A stretch of DNA of 11,237 nt, from contig JAYWEM010000063.1 of the NCBI GenBank assembly GCA_043779265.1, forward strand, positions 1 to 11,237, read 5' to 3'. Shown one piece after another: positions 7,911-11,237 of the stretch (position 1 is its first letter; each line of letters begins with the position of its first letter). Below the pieces are notes generated by a model that was not told the DNA's origin, ran no database searches, and was given only the letters and a program-made list of their open reading frames with translations. The translations under genes and the position numbers were made by a program. Source of the DNA: a bacterium (GTDB lineage Bacteria; Eisenbacteria; RBG-16-71-46).

Positions 7911-8696
7911 CTAACGATACAGCGTCCGGAGCCTTCCCCACGAGGTCCGATGCACCGGGACCGCTGCACAATCAGGGCCCGCCGACTGCCAATTCACGAT
8001 GTTCTGACCACCGCCGTCGCTGAGGACCACATCGGGGCCGGTGAGTCGCTGCAGTTCGATCCCGTTCAGCACCAGGCAGGCGGCACCCGAACAACCTGCG
8101 CAGGGACTGGCGCCGGTCGTCCGCGCGTTCGTCAGCCGCAGTCGGGCCGCGTGATAGGTCGTACCCGCGGCCCAATCGACCGCCTGGGCCGAGGGCACGG
8201 CCGCCGAGTAGTAGATGCGCATCTGATTGGCGCCGCCACGCGGCTGGGTCGGGTTGATGCCGGGGATCACCGCGATCGCGCCGCCCGCGGCCATCGCCCA
8301 CGGATCCGAACAACCCGGCCGGTCGCTGAAGCTGGCGAATGGATCGAGTTCACCGACGCGGCACCCGCCCGGCTGGAGCGCCCACCAGTCGGGAATCGAA
8401 CCCTGACCGTGCTGGAAGTCGAACACGGCGATGATGCCGATCGCATCGTCCACCGGGAAGTCGAGCGTGAAGCTGGCGAACCACTCCTGCACGCCGATGT
8501 TGCTGTTGCATGCGTTCGTCTCGAGCAGCGCGCCGCCGCCGCTGCGGCACTCATCCCAGGCGAGTGCGATGGAGGCCGCGGCGCACGGGGTCGTGCGAGC
8601 AGCACAGCAGATGATGAGCGCGAGCGCGAGGGCAAGCGAAACGCGCCGCCCCCCGAGGGGGCGGCGCGTTCGAGGAAGCGGAGTGGCGAGCTTCAA
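7911..8696 (-). CDS. Exported Cys-rich hypothetical protein with C-terminal SWGRLRTLYR tail (~261 aa)
   Basis: Family motifs IALAWDEC, ACNSN, FAS, PDWW, GGCR, RTTG..PCAGC...CLVLN, VNWQ; 8 Cys in the mature part. Start uncertain: in-frame TTG at 8696, 4 nt after the upstream stop, is the only standard start between that stop and the hydrophobic stretch. Confidence 0.8.
   Translation of the reverse strand: MKLATPLPRTRRPLGGRRVSLALALALIICCAARTTPCAAASIALAWDECRSGGGALLETNACNSNIGVQEWFASFTLDFPVDDAIGIIAVFDFQHGQGSIPDWWALQPGGCRVGELDPFASFSDRPGCSDPWAMAAGGAIAVIPGINPTQPRGGANQMRIYYSAAVPSAQAVDWAAGTTYHAARLRLTNARTTGASPCAGCSGAACLVLNGIELQRLTGPDVVLSDGGGQNIVNWQSAGPDCAAVPVHRTSWGRLRTLYR
8640..8670 (-). terminator. 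GC-rich hairpin (terminator/attenuator-like) after the 8701 gene
   Basis: 14-bp perfect stem AACGCGCCGCCCCC / GGGGGCGGCGCGTT with a 3-nt loop, 30 nt after the TAG at 8701. The minus strand reads ...GTTTCGCTT at the stem base. Confidence 0.6.
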
Positions 8697-8700
8697 TCGA

Positions 8701-9441
8701 CTAGCGATAGAGGCTCTTGAGCTGGCCCCACGTGCGCGACTTGGTCGGCACCGCGTCCGGGCAGGTGAAGCCCGTCGGCGCACCCTGCCACGTCACATGA
8801 CGACGCTGCAGCGGCTGGGTCACGAGCACGGGAGTCGTAGTGATGTCGACCTGGTCGAGCAGCACCGAGTTGAACACGATGCACATCGGCGTGGCGCAAC
8901 CGGCGCACGAGCCGACACCCGTGGTGCGGTTACGATTGATCGTGATCTGCATCAGCGTGTACTCGGTGCCCGTCGGCAACGCACCCGCCAGACCGGCGTC
9001 CATCGCGTACGCCGTGCGGAGACGCGAGCGATTGGCGTTCGACTCGAACGCGATCGCGTAATCGATACCGCCGAACTGCGGGTTGTCGGTGATGTCCGGG
9101 CAGGTCGTGACACCGGCCGCCGGCGCCGCGGTCAGCGACGTCGAGAGACGGCAGGCGCCGTAGCCCCACCACAGCGGCAGCGTCGAGGTCTCCGACTGGA
9201 TGTCGAACACGGCAGCCGTGCCGACGAACGTCGTGAGGGCCGTGCCGGTCGAGACGCTGGCGAACAGGTTGAAAGCAGTACCGGCGTTCGTGTTGCAGAC
9301 GAACGCGGCGTCCGCATTGCCGTTCAAGCCGCAGTCGTCCCACGACAGATTGAGCCCGCCCTGTGCCGAGGCGGCCGTGGCTCCGAACATCCCCGCGACC
9401 ACGACGGCCGCGACAAATCCGCGAATCAACTGACGCATCAT
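8701..9441 (-). CDS. Exported Cys-rich hypothetical protein with C-terminal TWGQLKSLYR tail (246 aa)
   Basis: AAGGAAAGGAAGGC precedes ATGATG (start 9441 or 9438). Signal peptide MMRQLIRGFVAAVVVAGMFGATAASA-Q. 8 Cys. Close paralog of the 9773 gene. Confidence 0.9.
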   Translation of the reverse strand: MMRQLIRGFVAAVVVAGMFGATAASAQGGLNLSWDDCGLNGNADAAFVCNTNAGTAFNLFASVSTGTALTTFVGTAAVFDIQSETSTLPLWWGYGACRLSTSLTAAPAAGVTTCPDITDNPQFGGIDYAIAFESNANRSRLRTAYAMDAGLAGALPTGTEYTLMQITINRNRTTGVGSCAGCATPMCIVFNSVLLDQVDITTTPVLVTQPLQRRHVTWQGAPTGFTCPDAVPTKSRTWGQLKSLYR

Positions 9442-9710
9442 GCCTTCCTTTCCTTGGATCCGAGCTCCAAGTGGTTCGTCGTCACACACGCCACCCGCGT
9501 TCGGCGGACGGCAATCTTGGGATGTCGGCGCGATATTCCACACGAGGACGCAGAAGCGCAAGTCGATTCGGGGCATCACGCCCATCCTGCCGCCAAGGCA
9601 TCGGCAGACGGACGCTCGGACTAGATGTCCAAGGCGAGGGGATTTCGCTCGGCTGGTGCACCGTTCTCTTGATGGAGTCCGGGATTGGATCGCCCGGTCA
9701 GTCGCCGCGC

Positions 9711-9747
9711 AAAACGAACCGGCCGGCCCCGTGAAGGGCCGACCGGT
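9711..9747 (-). terminator. Rho-independent terminator after the 9773 gene
   Basis: Minus strand: ACCGGTCGGCCC-TTCACG-GGGCCGGCCGGT (one G-U pair that works only on this strand), followed by TCGTTTT, 25 nt after the stop. Confidence 0.75.
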
Positions 9748-9772
9748 CGCGAAACCTGATGCGTGTTGCGGA

Positions 9773-10504
9773 CTAGCGGTACAGGCTCTTGACCTGGCCC
9801 CAGGTGCGGCTCTGGGTCGGCGTCGAGCCGGGGCACGAACCGCCACCCTGCCACGTCGCGAACTGCTGCGGGCCCGAGGTGACGACGCCCTTCGGCAGCG
9901 CCGGGTTCACCTGGTCGAGCAGCAGCGAGTTGAACACGATGCAGACCGGCGTCAGGCAGCCCGCGCACGAGCCCGTGCCCGTGGTGCGGTTCTTGTTGAT
10001 CGTCAGCTGCAGCACCGTCAGCTCAGCCGCGTCCGAGACCGGACCGGCGAGACCGGCGTCGATGGCATACGCCGTACGCAGACGCGCACGGTTGAGGCCG
10101 CCGAAGCCGTACGCGTAGTCGATGCCGCCGAACTGCGGGTTGTTGGTCAGATCCGGGCAGCTCGTGACGCCGGCAGCCGGAGCAGCAGTCAGCGAGGTGG
10201 AGAGACGGCAACCACCGTACTGCCACCACAGCGGCATCGGGCTGGCGGCCGACTGGAAGTCGATCACCGCGGCCGTGCCGACGAACTGCGTCAGGCCGGT
10301 CGGCGGGACCACCGATGCGAACAGCGTGAACGCAGCACCGGTGTTCAAGTTGCACGCGAACGCCTGATCGACCGTGCCGCCGGCGCCACCGAAGTAGCAA
10401 TCGCCCCAAGCGAGGTTGATCGAGCCGCCGGGGAGGTTCTGGGCCGAGGCCACGGTCGCGGACAGGGCGAGCGTCGTCGCAGCGAGAGCAAAGAACTTCT
10501 TCAT
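9773..10504 (-). CDS. Exported Cys-rich hypothetical protein with C-terminal TWGQVKSLYR tail (243 aa)
   Basis: GGAGG 6 nt before ATG 10504. Classic signal peptide MKKFFALAATTLALSATVASA-Q. 8 Cys. Confidence 0.92.
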   Translation of the reverse strand: MKKFFALAATTLALSATVASAQNLPGGSINLAWGDCYFGGAGGTVDQAFACNLNTGAAFTLFASVVPPTGLTQFVGTAAVIDFQSAASPMPLWWQYGGCRLSTSLTAAPAAGVTSCPDLTNNPQFGGIDYAYGFGGLNRARLRTAYAIDAGLAGPVSDAAELTVLQLTINKNRTTGTGSCAGCLTPVCIVFNSLLLDQVNPALPKGVVTSGPQQFATWQGGGSCPGSTPTQSRTWGQVKSLYR

Positions 10505-10780
10505 GTGTTGCCTCCAGGGGGATGCGAGCAGGTTGTCTGACGAAGTGGACAGGCAACGAATCTTGTCACAGTGAAACATGGGGGACGTCCTCGGAACCAC
10601 CACCTTCCTCCGTTGGGTCGGACAGAGATCGGGGCCGCCAAGTGGCACTGATGCTACACAACCGCAAAGCTCCGTGCACGCCTTTTCTTTATCCTGACCT
10701 CGGGCTATCTCACACAATCACAGTGCGAAGCCCCACATGACATGCCGAGGGGCCGTGCGCCTTGGCGGCGTGATTCCGGC

Positions 10781-11237
10781 TTATCGATAGAGGCTTTTGA
10801 GCTGCCCCCAAGTGCTCGATCGCACGCTGGTGAGGCAGTCGAACTTCTCAGCTTGCTGCCAGAGCACGAAGAGCTGTGCTCCCTGGGTGATCAGCGCATC
10901 GGGGAGGTTCGGGTCCGATTGGTCGAGCAGGACCGAGTTGGCGGCGATGCAGACCGGCTGGGGGCAACCTTCGCAGGCCCCTGCCCCGATGGTCCTGGCC
11001 CGGTTCATCGTGACGCGGATCAGCGCGCGTTCCACATCGCCCGGAACCGGTCCGGCCAGGGAAGCGTCCACGGCATAGGCCGTCCGCAGCCTCGCGCGAT
11101 GGGGGGCGCCGATCGTGGACAACATCGCGTAGTCGATGCCCCCGAACTGGGAATGCTCGACGAGGTCGATGCAGGAGGTCTCGCCAGCGGGTGGGACAGC
11201 GGTCAGCGAGGAGGAGGCGCGGCATGCTCCGAACGAC
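10781..11237 (-). CDS. Same-family protein with C-terminal TWGQLKSLYR tail; 5' end lies outside the window
   Basis: The frame is open from the right edge: SFGACRASSSLTAVPPAGETSCIDLVEHSQFGGIDYAMLSTIGAPHRARLRTAYAVDA...CEGCPQPVCI...DCLTSVRSSTWGQLKSLYR. The track ATG at 11125 is internal. Confidence 0.88.
   Translation of the reverse strand, partial: SFGACRASSSLTAVPPAGETSCIDLVEHSQFGGIDYAMLSTIGAPHRARLRTAYAVDASLAGPVPGDVERALIRVTMNRARTIGAGACEGCPQPVCIAANSVLLDQSDPNLPDALITQGAQLFVLWQQAEKFDCLTSVRSSTWGQLKSLYR

Larger units (their letters stand above)
7008..11237 (-). repeat. Tandem array of at least five paralogous genes
   Basis: Shared protein motifs and visible DNA similarity, e.g. CTGGTCGAGCAGCA.CGAGTTGAACACGATGCA at ~8851 and ~9911, and CCGCCGAACTGCGGGTTGT at ~9068 and ~10125. 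Confidence 0.9.

Noticed and set aside
8600..8696. Tat motif (RR) or lipobox (IICC) in the 7911 protein
   Set aside because: No S/T-RR-x-FLK consensus, the arginines derive from the GC hairpin, LIIC is a poor lipobox, and the paralogs use Sec/SPase I signals.
6820..10540. ORFs 6820..7629-, 6902..7780-, 7134..8720+, 8431..9624+ and 9440..10540+
   Set aside because: Shadows of the paralog array; low-complexity R/A/G/P translations that cross terminators.
10643..10658. TGGCAC as a sigma54 -24 element
   Set aside because: No GC at the -12 position, and it is on the opposite strand to the adjacent genes.
9442..10717. Extended N-termini in the ORF track (starts 9846 and 10717; likewise 8783 and 2317)
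   Set aside because: Internal starts with signal peptides (and SD for 9441 and 10504) fit better. The extensions run through terminators, non-coding-looking spacers or neighbouring genes.
10744..10766. Hairpin after the 10781 gene
   Set aside because: Short stem with a mismatch on the transcribed strand and no U-tract.
8701..11237. Diversity-generating retroelement or silent-cassette interpretation of the repeated DNA
   Set aside because: Differences are spread across whole genes, include indels and synonymous changes and are not adenine-specific. The copies are intact ORFs, and no reverse transcriptase or recombinase is in the window.
1..11237. CRISPR arrays, tRNA/rRNA genes and IS elements
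   Set aside because: No regularly spaced repeats, RNA-gene signatures, transposase motifs or terminal repeats were seen.

Overview
High-GC bacterial cell-envelope locus. The gene content resembles FCB-related candidate phyla such as Ca. Eisenbacteria, which is an inference. Left: a large signal-peptide-bearing C25 (gingipain/PorU-like) cysteine peptidase on the minus strand (ATG 2327, open to the left edge, absent from the ORF track). Divergent from it are a SurA/PrsA-like chaperone, a secreted Ig-like + alpha/beta hydrolase and a second, longer SurA/PrsA-like chaperone, ending at a 19-bp hairpin. Right, convergent: a tandem array of at least five paralogous, Sec-exported, Cys-rich proteins of about 245-280 aa. 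Four end in a conserved tail, (S/T)WG(Q/R)(L/V)(K/R)(S/T)LYR-stop; the fifth lacks it. Main hypothesis (inference): this short tail is a C-terminal sorting signal of an uncharacterised T9SS-like export/anchoring system, with the neighbouring PorU-like enzyme as candidate sortase and the parvulin-like proteins as chaperones. No RNA genes, CRISPR arrays or mobile elements were seen.
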